Shown here: positions 8,711 to 17,770 of the stretch, piece by piece
Layout of the letters: each line of letters begins with the position of its first letter
Numbering within the stretch: position 1 is the stretch's first letter
Translations under genes and position numbers: made by a program
Notes under the pieces: generated by a model
The model's input: the letters and a program-made list of their open reading frames with translations, nothing else
Databases searched by the model: none
What the model was told of the DNA's origin: nothing
Assembly: GCA_048939625.1 (NCBI GenBank)
Contig: JBHLPH010000006.1
Span: forward strand, 28,476 to 92,475
DNA: 64,000 nucleotides
Reading direction: 5' to 3'
DNA from: Promethearchaeota archaeon
Lineage (GTDB): Archaea > Asgardarchaeota > Hermodarchaeia > Hermodarchaeales > Hermodarchaeaceae

Positions 8711-9211
8711 TTAGTAGCGTCGTCCGCGGTCACCACGGTCACCACGGTCACCACGGTCACCACGGTCACCACGATCGCGTCGATCGCCACGTCGATATCC
8801 ACCTCGACCACCGCCGTAGCTGCGGCGACGGTAACGTTGTTCGTGCTCAGCAGCGGACATATCGTTTTCAGCGTCAATTTCTTCTATACCGTCTTCGGCT
8901 TCGTTAATTTCTCCGTATCGACCTATGTTAAGGCGGAGGTGTCCTTGAAACAGGCTGGTATAGCCTTTTTCCAGACGGTAGGTTTTGTCGACTTCGATTG
9001 CTTCAATATTGTCATCCCATAGACTCAATAAGACAACACCGGTGGAATCGCCAGCTGTAGCGTCAACAACTCGGTGGGTCTCACCATCTTTGCGGGAGGT
9101 GACTTCGCGTTCTTCGCCCTTCTCGACGACTTTGAAGGTGATGTTCAAACTTTTCATATAGGGTCGCAGTTCTGCGACTGTAGCCTCAACGGGCTCTCGG
9201 TCGTAGCTCAT
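8711..9211 (-). CDS. Single OB-fold ssDNA/RNA-binding (SSB-like) protein with C-terminal RGG/(RGD)n tail, copy 1
   Basis: MSYDREPVEATVAELRPYMKSLNITFKVVEKGEEREV...LLSLWDD...LFQGHLRLNIGRYG, with the tail GGGRGGYRRGDRRDRGDRGDRGDRGDRGDRGRRY. ATG 9211 is chosen by alignment with copy 2. Confidence 0.75.
   Translation of the reverse strand: MSYDREPVEATVAELRPYMKSLNITFKVVEKGEEREVTSRKDGETHRVVDATAGDSTGVVLLSLWDDNIEAIEVDKTYRLEKGYTSLFQGHLRLNIGRYGEINEAEDGIEEIDAENDMSAAEHEQRYRRRSYGGGRGGYRRGDRRDRGDRGDRGDRGDRGDRGRRY
8728..8772. repeat. Five perfect tandem copies of the 9-bp unit ggtcaccac, with degenerate copies to about 8795, encoding (RGD)n on the minus strand
   Basis: Read directly from the sequence. Confidence 0.95.
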
Positions 9212-9740
9212 TTTAGGTACCACGTTGCTTCTATACTCAGGCTTCCAACCAAATCCTTCCTCAAGGTCTGCCGCAAAGATGAGGTAGCCACAAGAGAGAA
9301 CGATTAAGAGTTTTAGACCTGCTTCTTTCTCCAAACCAAACCCAATATAAAAAGGCTACGGGCATCCGCCAGAGAGCCATTATCGTATTTTTTGTAACCT
9401 CGGAATAGATAAATAGCCTCTTAATACATCGAAAACAAAAAATGTAACTAACTCAAACAAATTTTCTCCTTTTCGAGGATTACTGGATGGTGAAATGAAT
9501 GGCAAAAATAAATCCGTTAATAGATAATTGTAAACCGCGTAGTGTTCATCTTGAGAAGGAAAAACAGACAGAACTGAATAGCAGTCTTGACGAAATGCTT
9601 GAACCTTCTGCAAGGCATCGTGTGTCAAGTTTTCAGGAAGCTCTAAGAATGATTAAGCAATTTACCTACATTATCAAAGACTGTAACTACCTAATCGAAC
9701 CTGAAAATTGAGTAGTATTCGTGGGTTCTTAGAGGAGCTG

Positions 9741-10451
9741 ATGAAGTTGGATTCTGAATTGGATATTTCGGTTCTCAATCTTCTTAGTTATGGAATGTAT
9801 GTTGTTGCGGCAAGAAAGGATAAGCGGGTGAACGGGCAGATTGTGAATACTGTATTTCAAATAACTGCATCTCCGCTTCAGGTAGCGTTGAGCATCAATA
9901 AGGAAAATTTGACTCATGAGCTCATTGAGAAGAGTAGGATGTTATCGGTGTCGATTTTAGGTGAGGCAACTCCGATGACGTTTATTGGCCGGTTTGGGTT
10001 TCACTCTGGTCGTGAACTGGATAAGTTTCAAAATGTCGAATTTCTGGAAGGCATCGAAGACTGCCCCATCGTTGTCGATAATGCAATTGCCTACCTTGAA
10101 GTTAAGGTGATCGATCAAGTGGATGTTGGAACTCACACGCTCTTCATTGGAGAGGTAAAAGGTGCAAAGAAGCTGAAAGAGGGAAAACCTTTGACATATG
10201 CCTACTATCACGAGGTGAAGGGAGGAAAAACTTCCAAACGTGCAGCCACTTATCTTCCACCAACCTCCAAGTCCGAGGTTTTCTCACCTAATGAAGGAAA
10301 ATACCGATGTGAGGTATGTGGCTGGATCTACGATCCCGAGAAGGGAGACCCCGAACATGGAATTGCACCAGGTACAGCTTTTGCTGATATTCCTGAGGAT
10401 TGGGCCTGTCCAGTGTGTGGAGCATCAAAAAGCCAGTTTAAACCTATTTAG
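9741..10451 (+). CDS. Flavin-reductase-domain / rubredoxin fusion (high-molecular-weight rubredoxin type)
   Basis: An N-terminal flavin reductase-like domain is followed by C-terminal [46 protein letters not shown] 9741 has GAGGAG upstream; TTG 9708 is possible. Confidence 0.8.
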   Translation: MKLDSELDISVLNLLSYGMYVVAARKDKRVNGQIVNTVFQITASPLQVALSINKENLTHELIEKSRMLSVSILGEATPMTFIGRFGFHSGRELDKFQNVEFLEGIEDCPIVVDNAIAYLEVKVIDQVDVGTHTLFIGEVKGAKKLKEGKPLTYAYYHEVKGGKTSKRAATYLPPTSKSEVFSPNEGKYRCEVCGWIYDPEKGDPEHGIAPGTAFADIPEDWACPVCGASKSQFKPI

Positions 10452-10519
10452 ACTGGGTGTTCTAAGAATAGCGTAATGAATAAGAGAAGAAAACAATTCT
10501 CATGCAGTGAGGTGTTTTA

Positions 10520-10975
10520 ATGGATATGCCTGAAGTTGGGCAAGTTGCCCCGAATTTTGTTGGAATTACTGATGATGAAAAGGAACTAGAACTTGCTAGT
10601 TTGAAAGGGAATATATTGATTTTATTCTTTTATCCCCGCGCGTATACGCCTGGTTGTACAAAGGAGGCTTGTTCGTTTCGGGATAATATGATACGGTTGA
10701 CTGGAATAGGTGCAAAAGTGGTTGGAGTAAGCACTGACAATGTGAAGAGGCAGGCGGGATTCAAGGCTAAACATGCACTATCGTATCCTCTGATTGCCGA
10801 TGCAGACAAGAAGATAGTTGACCTCTATGGCGTGAAAACCAGGGGAACCGGCACGGCAAAGCGTGTGACCTTTCTTATTGATCGAGATGGCATCATCCGG
10901 TTTGTCTGGCCCAAGGTAAGTGTCACTGGGCATGTTGATGAAATCCTCGCAAAAATTGAAGAGCTGAACCTATAA
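10520..10975 (+). CDS. bcp: Peroxiredoxin, Bcp type (thiol peroxidase)
   Basis: FFYPRAYTPGCTKEACSFRD is the active-site region. The length and the LSD pattern fit Bcp/PrxQ. Confidence 0.85.
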   Translation: MDMPEVGQVAPNFVGITDDEKELELASLKGNILILFFYPRAYTPGCTKEACSFRDNMIRLTGIGAKVVGVSTDNVKRQAGFKAKHALSYPLIADADKKIVDLYGVKTRGTGTAKRVTFLIDRDGIIRFVWPKVSVTGHVDEILAKIEELNL

Positions 10976-11032
10976 TTGTAACTTACCGAACGAGTTACAG
11001 AGTCAATTATCAGAAGCAGGGTTAGTTAGGGT

Positions 11033-11293
11033 TTATTGGGCTTCAGCTTTTGGAGTGACTCTGAGTGCTCCCGTGGGACAAGCTTCGATGCACGCGTTAC
11101 ACCCGTTGCAAAACATTTGCATTGCCGGTGAAATTACGTATTGCGTAGGGGCAACACCTTCTTGCCGGCTTGGAGCATATAAGGCAAATACTGCTTGAGG
11201 GCAGACTTTAAGGCACCGAGCACAGTCAAAGGCATTTTGACACTTATCGTTACTCCATTCAACTTTGTAATAATTTTGCATCGTTACCACCAA
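11033..11293 (-). CDS. 2x[4Fe-4S] ferredoxin
   Basis: CARCLKVCP and CNGCNACIEACP. It overlaps the upstream gene by 10 nt, so the two are probably co-translated. Confidence 0.75.
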   Translation of the reverse strand: MVVTMQNYYKVEWSNDKCQNAFDCARCLKVCPQAVFALYAPSRQEGVAPTQYVISPAMQMFCNGCNACIEACPTGALRVTPKAEAQ

Positions 11294-12147
11294 TCTTTTA
11301 GGGCAGGGAGGGATTCCCGCGGGATTAATTCAATTGCGTTCTCTGGACACGTTTCTTTACAAAGCCCACAGCCATAACACTTCCACATGTCGATGTTAGC
11401 ACGTTCCGTGGCATTTGAGAAAGTCACAGCCCCAAATTGGCAGCGAGAAAGACATTCCCGACAGCCTACGCATTTATCTACGTCAACTTTTGCAACCCAA
11501 TGACTTTTGATGATATACTTGAAGCCCATATCAACACGGGGTCGGAGTGCGATACAATAGGGAAGTTCGCAGTTACAAACCGCCATAGCCATGGGTAAAG
11601 GCGTTCCAGCAAGGGTATGGACACGTCCCTCTTGGTTAAACCGTCTAGTTAACGCGATAGCTTCCTCGACACTGATGCGTTCTACTTTTTCGTCATTCGA
11701 GGGAAACATCTCCGCGGTTTCGCCATGTAGTCCGAGGGGAATACAGCACCGATCATTAGCGCCATTTATCATTTTCCTACAGAGGCACTCAACAAGATAA
11801 GGTTCCCCAGAAAGTTTGATAACTCCTTCGATTTCTTCGCGTGTTAGGACTTGGGCACCATGCCCTTGAGGGAAAGTGAATGTGACGCCTTTTTCAAGAG
11901 GATGGATTTGAAAAATCATATCATCCATCATTTTTCGAATGGAGTCAGCCATTGCTGGATTGGCCATGGCGTCGCCTGCTTGTGCAGCGAGTTGGGCATA
12001 TTGTTGGTGAACATAATGCCAGTGGTCTTTCTCCCATGGTTCAAAGCCCATTTCCTTGGCATACTTTACTTCAACATGACGTTTAACTTCAAACCATTTT
12101 TTGCCAGCACCATGGGCTGTACAAATCTTACACATAATTGCCACCAA
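11284..12147 (-). CDS. Cys-rich protein of unknown function with C-terminal 2x[4Fe-4S] domain
   Basis: The C-terminus carries CVGCRECLSRCQ and CYGCGLCKETCP. The N-terminal ~200 aa has extra Cys (CKIC, ECLCRK, RCCIP, CNCELPYC) and matches no family I recognise. Confidence 0.65.
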   Translation of the reverse strand: MVAIMCKICTAHGAGKKWFEVKRHVEVKYAKEMGFEPWEKDHWHYVHQQYAQLAAQAGDAMANPAMADSIRKMMDDMIFQIHPLEKGVTFTFPQGHGAQVLTREEIEGVIKLSGEPYLVECLCRKMINGANDRCCIPLGLHGETAEMFPSNDEKVERISVEEAIALTRRFNQEGRVHTLAGTPLPMAMAVCNCELPYCIALRPRVDMGFKYIIKSHWVAKVDVDKCVGCRECLSRCQFGAVTFSNATERANIDMWKCYGCGLCKETCPENAIELIPRESLPALKDWW

Positions 12148-12286
12148 GAATTTAGAATCGAGTTTCCCTGAGCATTATTGGTTTTTCTTTGTTCCGAACA
12201 TTAGAAGAACTAAGGCAAACTCAAAATGTCAGGAAAAGCAGCTTCATCTCAGCGATATTTTAGCAAGCATTAGCCTTCAGAAAAGA

Positions 12287-12724
12287 TTAGCTTACAGTTT
12301 GGATTTTTCTCTGATTTTGTAAATGGTCTTCAGCAAGATGATTGAATGTTTCAGGAACTGCTTCTAAAAAGCCCAGTTTATCACTAGAAGAATGGAAAAA
12401 GTCCGTTATTTGTTGTTCCATGGTTAATGCTAGTTGGATTAATTGTGCGTCGGGGCAACCAGGAGGACATTCTGTATGTGGGCGATAGCGCTCACTGCTG
12501 ATTCCTGTGACTTGAGCTTTCTTTTGCTCTAAAGGTAATTGTCGACGGATTTGCATGAGGGTTTGTATGCGACTTTGTCCTAGCATGATTAATGCTTCAA
12601 AGAGGCTTTTCAAATTTTGATTTTGTGTGATCGTAATTGCGGTTTCATAGAATGCAGCTGCAGAAGCTTCTAATTCAATGGCGAAACTCAGAAGAATATC
12701 GATAGTGTCAAGTGACATAGTCAT
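12287..12724 (-). CDS. Hypothetical helical protein, possibly a ferritin/rubrerythrin-like four-helix bundle
   Basis: A long ORF with FAIELEASAAAFYETA and later E..L..H motifs. The assignment is weak. Confidence 0.45.
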   Translation of the reverse strand: MTMSLDTIDILLSFAIELEASAAAFYETAITITQNQNLKSLFEALIMLGQSRIQTLMQIRRQLPLEQKKAQVTGISSERYRPHTECPPGCPDAQLIQLALTMEQQITDFFHSSSDKLGFLEAVPETFNHLAEDHLQNQRKIQTVS

Positions 12725-12743
12725 CCCTCTAATAACAAGATGT

Positions 12744-13958
12744 TTAATTTTTTTTCACAAATTCGATTGCACCCATCTCACAGACAACGGCACAAAGCCC
12801 GCAACCATCGCATTTCTCAGGATCGACAACAAGACGATTTCCACTCATACGGATCGCTTGATAGCCTGCATCGGCACAAGAAATCCGACACTCTTTTCCT
12901 AGTATACATTTTTCAGGATTTATTTTCGCTATGACAGGGGGGAGTTTTGGTAAATCGGTCCAAGTAGTTATTTTGGGAAGCGCCTTCCCGACGATTGTGT
13001 TAATCGAAGCATATCTTTTCTTCTTCATGAAAGCTGTCAGATTCTTTGTGAGATTTCGGATTATTGAAAAACCATACCACATAACTGCCGTGCAGATTTG
13101 GAGTGTACTCGCACCGACCATTAAGTATTCTACGGCATTTTGCCAATTTTCAATTCCACCTATCCCCGATATCGGTGTTTTGGGTAAAGCTTTAGCAATT
13201 TGTGAGACAAATCGCAAGCCTAACGGTCGGATAGCAGGACCACAAAATCCTCCGTAGGTGCTCATTGGAGCAGAGAGCTCTGAATCATATGCAAAGGGGT
13301 ATGGAGTTGCGGTTTCAATATCAATCCCGATGAGTGATTCGACAGTATTGATTGCTGACACCCCATCGGCACCTCCTTTTACTGCAGCTTTCGCAATTGG
13401 AACAATATCAGTAACATTGGGAGTTAATTTGACCAATAGAGGTAAATCGGTTCCCTTTCTTGCAGCCTTTGTAACCGTCTCCACAAGATGAGGGTTCTGT
13501 CCGATAAAGGCACCCATATGTTTCTCTGGTGATCCGTGTGGACACGAAACATTGAGTTCCAATGCGTTAACACCCGTATCTGACAAAATTTCAGCCATGG
13601 TAGTCCAGCCTTCGGGTTCGGGACTGGACATTATACTAGCGATAATGACGAAATCTTTGGGAGCTTTCGCTTTGATTTCTGGAATCCAGGAACGAGTCCA
13701 TTGGGTGAGTGGATGCCTTGAGAGAAGTTCGATATTATTCATTCCAATGGGCTTTCCCTGTTTCCGTAATACTCCCAACCGCGTGCGTGGATCAACTGTA
13801 GGTTCTTCAGTTACAGTTTTTAATACGGCCCCACCCCAACCGAGTTTGGCGGCCCGAATAACTCGTTTTGCGTCGAGGGTGGGAGGAGCTGATGAGAGCA
13901 GGAAGGGATTTTTGAATTGAATTCCCGCGAATTCAATTGCTAACTTGGGCTCTGACAT
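12744..13958 (-). CDS. preA: Dihydropyrimidine dehydrogenase PreA-like subunit (DHOD-family TIM barrel plus C-terminal 2x[4Fe-4S])
   Basis: AGIQFKNPF, LELNVSCPHG, GISGIGGI, and C-terminal C..GKECRISC and CDGCGLCAVVCE motifs. Confidence 0.8.
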   Translation of the reverse strand: MSEPKLAIEFAGIQFKNPFLLSSAPPTLDAKRVIRAAKLGWGGAVLKTVTEEPTVDPRTRLGVLRKQGKPIGMNNIELLSRHPLTQWTRSWIPEIKAKAPKDFVIIASIMSSPEPEGWTTMAEILSDTGVNALELNVSCPHGSPEKHMGAFIGQNPHLVETVTKAARKGTDLPLLVKLTPNVTDIVPIAKAAVKGGADGVSAINTVESLIGIDIETATPYPFAYDSELSAPMSTYGGFCGPAIRPLGLRFVSQIAKALPKTPISGIGGIENWQNAVEYLMVGASTLQICTAVMWYGFSIIRNLTKNLTAFMKKKRYASINTIVGKALPKITTWTDLPKLPPVIAKINPEKCILGKECRISCADAGYQAIRMSGNRLVVDPEKCDGCGLCAVVCEMGAIEFVKKN

Positions 13959-14060
13959 AGGTTTAATTTCCTCCTACTAGTTCTACATAGAATGTTCCAT
14001 TAGATAAAGTCTTTAATTCTCGGTGAATAGTCATATGTCCGTCTGATGGAGTTGTGAGTT

Positions 14061-15398
14061 ATGGATGAAAATTTAGTTCCTGAAGATTTACGACAAGCAT
14101 ATTCCGCGAAAACAATTCTAGAATTAGAGAAGAAACATGTCGTTCCCGCTATCTCTCACTACTATAAAGAACCGTTACTTCTGGTTCGTGGAAAAGGGGC
14201 CAACCTTGAGGATTCGCAGGGAAAGCAGTACATCGATCTCTTTGCCGGGATTTGCACGACAATAACGGGATATGCACATCCAAAGTATATTACAACATTG
14301 AAATGGCAGCTAGACCGATTGGTCTATACGAGTTCATTGTATGCAACAATTCCTTATGCTGTCTTAGCAAAACGTCTGGCAGATATAGCACCAAAGGGCT
14401 TAACTCAGTCGTTTATTGTCAATAGCGGCTCCGAAGCCAATGAAGCAGCACTTTTCATGGCAAAAAAATTCAAAAATAACCCCTATATTGTGGCTTGCAC
14501 TCATGCCTATCATGGGCGAACAGCACTTACACGGGAAATATCAAGCGCTGGATGGCGTACTGTACCCGAAGCACATCCACCAGGTGTTCGATTCCAACCT
14601 TACGGGTATTGTTTTCGATGTCCTTTTGGGAAAGAGTATCCTGAATGTGATATTCAATGCGCACGATATCTCCGAGAGCTCATCCGCACCCAAACCAACA
14701 AAGCAGTAGCGGCCTTTATTGTCGAACCGATTCAAGGAGTTGGTGGCATCATACAACCTCCACCCGAATTCTTTCAAATTACTTATGAAATCGTCAAGGA
14801 ATTTGGTGGATTATTTATCTCTGATGAAGTGCAAACTGGATTTGGCCGGACAGGCAATAAATGGTGGGGCATCCAGCATACGGGAGCTAATCCGGATATC
14901 ATTACGCTAGCTAAAGGTTTTGGAAGCGGAATTCCGATTGGTGGATTCTTAACCCGACCTGAATATGCCGCTGAATATACTACAACCGACAGCTTTGCCA
15001 CTTTTGGTGGAAATCCTTTATCTTGTGCGGGAGCTATCGCTGTTGTTGACATAATCAAGGAGAGTAATTACCTTGAACGGGCAGCCACAAATGGAGCGTA
15101 TCTGAGAAAACAGCTAGACGCACTTAAACACGATCACAGAATTGTGGGTGAAGTTCGTGGGCAGGGAATGATGCAAGGGATTGAACTAATACGAAATCAA
15201 AAAACCAAGGAACCAGCCCCACAAGAGCTACTCAGCGTAATGGAACATTGTAAAACAGATGGTCTTCTCATTGGCAAAGGAGGCATCGATGGAAACGTAA
15301 TTCGAATCCAACCCCCGCTAGAGCTTACAAAAGAACAAATCGATTTAGCTTATCAGATTTTGGATAAAGCGTTCAGCACGGTCGAGAAAACACTTTAG
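14061..15398 (+). CDS. Class-III (omega) aminotransferase, candidate beta-alanine/GABA transaminase
   Basis: NSGSEANEAA, DEVQTGFGRTG and TLAKGFGSGIPIGG (PLP lysine). Confidence 0.85.
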   Translation: MDENLVPEDLRQAYSAKTILELEKKHVVPAISHYYKEPLLLVRGKGANLEDSQGKQYIDLFAGICTTITGYAHPKYITTLKWQLDRLVYTSSLYATIPYAVLAKRLADIAPKGLTQSFIVNSGSEANEAALFMAKKFKNNPYIVACTHAYHGRTALTREISSAGWRTVPEAHPPGVRFQPYGYCFRCPFGKEYPECDIQCARYLRELIRTQTNKAVAAFIVEPIQGVGGIIQPPPEFFQITYEIVKEFGGLFISDEVQTGFGRTGNKWWGIQHTGANPDIITLAKGFGSGIPIGGFLTRPEYAAEYTTTDSFATFGGNPLSCAGAIAVVDIIKESNYLERAATNGAYLRKQLDALKHDHRIVGEVRGQGMMQGIELIRNQKTKEPAPQELLSVMEHCKTDGLLIGKGGIDGNVIRIQPPLELTKEQIDLAYQILDKAFSTVEKTL

Positions 15399-16270
15399 AT
15401 ATCACATAGATTCTTGTATAGATCAGGGCGGCGATCCCGGAAGAATTGCCAAGTGGAGCGAACTTCCTTAATCATATCCAAATTAATATCCACAATGAGG
15501 AGCTCGTCTTTATCAGGCGAGGCTTGTTTGACAATCTCACCACGTGGATTTGCTACATATGAGCTTCCATAGAAGGTGCCCATTTTCCAGGGACTCTCTC
15601 CAACTCGATTTATGGCAGCAATGAAATAGCCATTGGCTACGGCGTGTGCTGGTTGTTCAAGTGCCCATAGATGATCTGAAAGTCCTTGGACCGTTGCGGA
15701 GGGATTGAATACAATTTCTGCCCCATTCAGTCCTAAGGCACGTGCGCCTTCGGGAAAATGTCTATCATAGCAGATATAGATCCCAATTTTCCCATACTGA
15801 GTTTCAAATACTGGGTATCCTATATTTCCCGGTTTAAAATAGAACTTTTCCCAAAACCCAGGACCCAGATGGGGAATGTGGGTTTTTCGATATTTACCAA
15901 GTAATTGTCCTTGATTGTCGAGAATAATCGCCGTGTTATAATAAACGCCTGGCATATCTTCTTCGTACATAGGAGCAATTAGTATGAGGTTGTTACTTTT
16001 CGCTAATCGGCTCATTCGGTCACTTAGTGGACCGGGAATCGGTTCGGCGAATTTGTACCAAAGTGGTTTTTGTTCTGCACAGAAATATGGTCCAAAGAAT
16101 AGCTCCTGGAAACAAAGAACCTGCACACCTTTTTTTGCTGCGGTTTCAGCAAAGGTTTCGTGTTTCTGAATCATTTTTTCCATGTTTTTACGAATGGTTT
16201 TTTCATCTGAAATGGCGCCTTCCCAATGAGCTTGAACCAAGCCAATACGAACGTTTCGCATTTTTTGCAC
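15395..16270 (-). CDS. Beta-ureidopropionase / N-carbamoyl-amino-acid amidohydrolase (nitrilase superfamily)
   Basis: E-K-C triad context: CFQELFFGPYF, YRKTHIP and IYICYDRHFPE. Confidence 0.85.
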   Translation of the reverse strand: MQKMRNVRIGLVQAHWEGAISDEKTIRKNMEKMIQKHETFAETAAKKGVQVLCFQELFFGPYFCAEQKPLWYKFAEPIPGPLSDRMSRLAKSNNLILIAPMYEEDMPGVYYNTAIILDNQGQLLGKYRKTHIPHLGPGFWEKFYFKPGNIGYPVFETQYGKIGIYICYDRHFPEGARALGLNGAEIVFNPSATVQGLSDHLWALEQPAHAVANGYFIAAINRVGESPWKMGTFYGSSYVANPRGEIVKQASPDKDELLIVDINLDMIKEVRSTWQFFRDRRPDLYKNLCDI

Positions 16271-16374
16271 CTTTAAAGAAAGAGTAAGCTAGTCTTTGGT
16301 TCTTTCCAGATTTAGAGATTTCCCAAAACCATAAAGGGTAACAATGCGATGAAAAAAGCGGAGTTGTGCGATTT

Positions 16375-17769
16375 ATGCAGTTGGATATGGTTGTTCAGAA
16401 CGGTACAATTGTAACAGCCACTGAAATGCTTCAGGCGGATGTTGGAATAAAAGATGGCAAAATTGTGGCTGTGAATAATGAGCTGAAAACCAACGCAGAT
16501 ACCCACATTGTAGACGCTAAAGGTAAGTACGTTTTCCCAGGAGCCATTGACGTACACGTACATTTACAGTTGCCTTTTGGCGGGACTATTTCAGCAGATG
16601 ATTTTGAGAATGGAACCAAAGCGGCCGCAATGGGTGGTGTTACAACGGTCATTGATTTTGCAATTCAACAGAAAGGACATTCCATCATGGAAGCGGTGAA
16701 GGCTCGTAGGAAAGAAGCAGACGGGAGAGTGTGTATCGATTATGGGTTACATGCTGCAATTACTGATTGGAACCCACAGACCCAAGCAGAAATCAAAGAA
16801 ATTATCGAATACGGAATTCCTACCTTCAAGATGTTCATGATCTACAAAGAGGAAGGTTGGATGGCTGATGATGGTATGCTCTTTCAAGCCCTTGAAGAGA
16901 CGAAGAAGTATGGGGGGATGATTGGAGTTCATGCAGAAAGTGTTGACGTTCTCGATATGCTCATTGAACGATATGCTCAAGAGAAGGACAAATGGGGAGC
17001 ATACGCACATACACTGTCCCGGCCATATTTTACGGAATCAGAGGCAGTGCAGCGCGCCATCAAATGGGCCGAAGTGACTGGTGGACGCTTGTATATTGTG
17101 CACATGTCTGCAGGAGAAAGTGCCCAGTATGTGCGTGAGGCTCGAGAAAGGGGGGTCCATGTATACGCTGAAACTTGTCCACAATACCTTCTTCTTGATG
17201 ATTCTGTCTTCAAAGGAGAAAATGGCCACCTATATGCGACCTGTCCACAAATTAAGAAAAAAGAGGATGGCACTCGACTCTGGCAGGGCCTAATTAATGG
17301 TGAAATTCAAGTGGTCGCTACGGATACCTGTACTTTCGATACGAAACAAAAAGCCATGTGGGAAGGAGATTTCCGTAAGATTCCCTTTGGACTTCCTGGT
17401 GTAGAGACGATGTTTCCACTCCTGTATACTGAAGGAGTCGGTAAAGAGCACTTTTCTTTAAACCACCTAGTAAAACTGGTGAGCACTAACCCGGCGAAAA
17501 TCTTTGGAATGTTTCCAGAGAAAGGAACAATTAATCCAGGGAGTGATGCCGACCTTGTTGTGTTTGATCCGAACAAGAAAGTGACCCTGCATGCAACAGA
17601 TCTACAAACAAATTGCGATTGGAGCCCCTTCGAAGGTTGGAAATTGACAGGCTATCCGCAAACTACAATCTCTCGTGGAAAAATCGTTGTTTCTAATGGG
17701 AAATTTGTCGGTGACTGTGATCATGGACGGTTCCTGCACCGTCAAGCGGTTAAAAAACTGGACATCTAG
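16375..17769 (+). CDS. Dihydropyrimidinase / D-hydantoinase
   Basis: GAIDVHVHLQLPFGGT, GVTTVIDF, TFKMFMIYK (carbamylated Lys context), VHAE and ATDTC. The start could be ATG 16375, GTG 16366 or ATG 16387. Confidence 0.9.
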   Translation: MQLDMVVQNGTIVTATEMLQADVGIKDGKIVAVNNELKTNADTHIVDAKGKYVFPGAIDVHVHLQLPFGGTISADDFENGTKAAAMGGVTTVIDFAIQQKGHSIMEAVKARRKEADGRVCIDYGLHAAITDWNPQTQAEIKEIIEYGIPTFKMFMIYKEEGWMADDGMLFQALEETKKYGGMIGVHAESVDVLDMLIERYAQEKDKWGAYAHTLSRPYFTESEAVQRAIKWAEVTGGRLYIVHMSAGESAQYVREARERGVHVYAETCPQYLLLDDSVFKGENGHLYATCPQIKKKEDGTRLWQGLINGEIQVVATDTCTFDTKQKAMWEGDFRKIPFGLPGVETMFPLLYTEGVGKEHFSLNHLVKLVSTNPAKIFGMFPEKGTINPGSDADLVVFDPNKKVTLHATDLQTNCDWSPFEGWKLTGYPQTTISRGKIVVSNGKFVGDCDHGRFLHRQAVKKLDI

Positions 17770-17770
17770 G

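Noticed and set aside
8728-8795. Short tandem repeats as a possible CRISPR array
   Set aside because: The 9-bp units are contiguous with no spacers and lie in frame inside a coding tail. No CRISPR-like repeat-spacer structure is seen anywhere in the window.
8638-8907. An ORF encoding a His-rich peptide (HHGHHGHHGHHGHH), which looks like a metal-binding protein
   Set aside because: It is the antisense reading of the 9-bp (RGD)n repeat in the tail of the OB-fold gene. The repeat creates the open frame, and the OB-fold reading is supported by a paralogue.
9212-9334. An N-terminal 41-aa extension of OB-fold copy 1 with a hydrophobic, lipoprotein-like stretch (TTG start at 9334)
   Set aside because: Copy 2 has a stop codon in the equivalent upstream region. 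Both copies share the acgtggtaccNaaaATG context, so the ATG at 9211 is the likely start.
9335-9740. ORFs 9380-9628 (minus) and 9499-9711 (plus) in the AT-rich gap upstream of the flavin reductase-rubredoxin gene
   Set aside because: They overlap each other, have a low-complexity AT-rich composition, lack an RBS and carry no motifs. The gap more likely holds promoter and leader DNA for the divergent OB-fold and rubredoxin genes.
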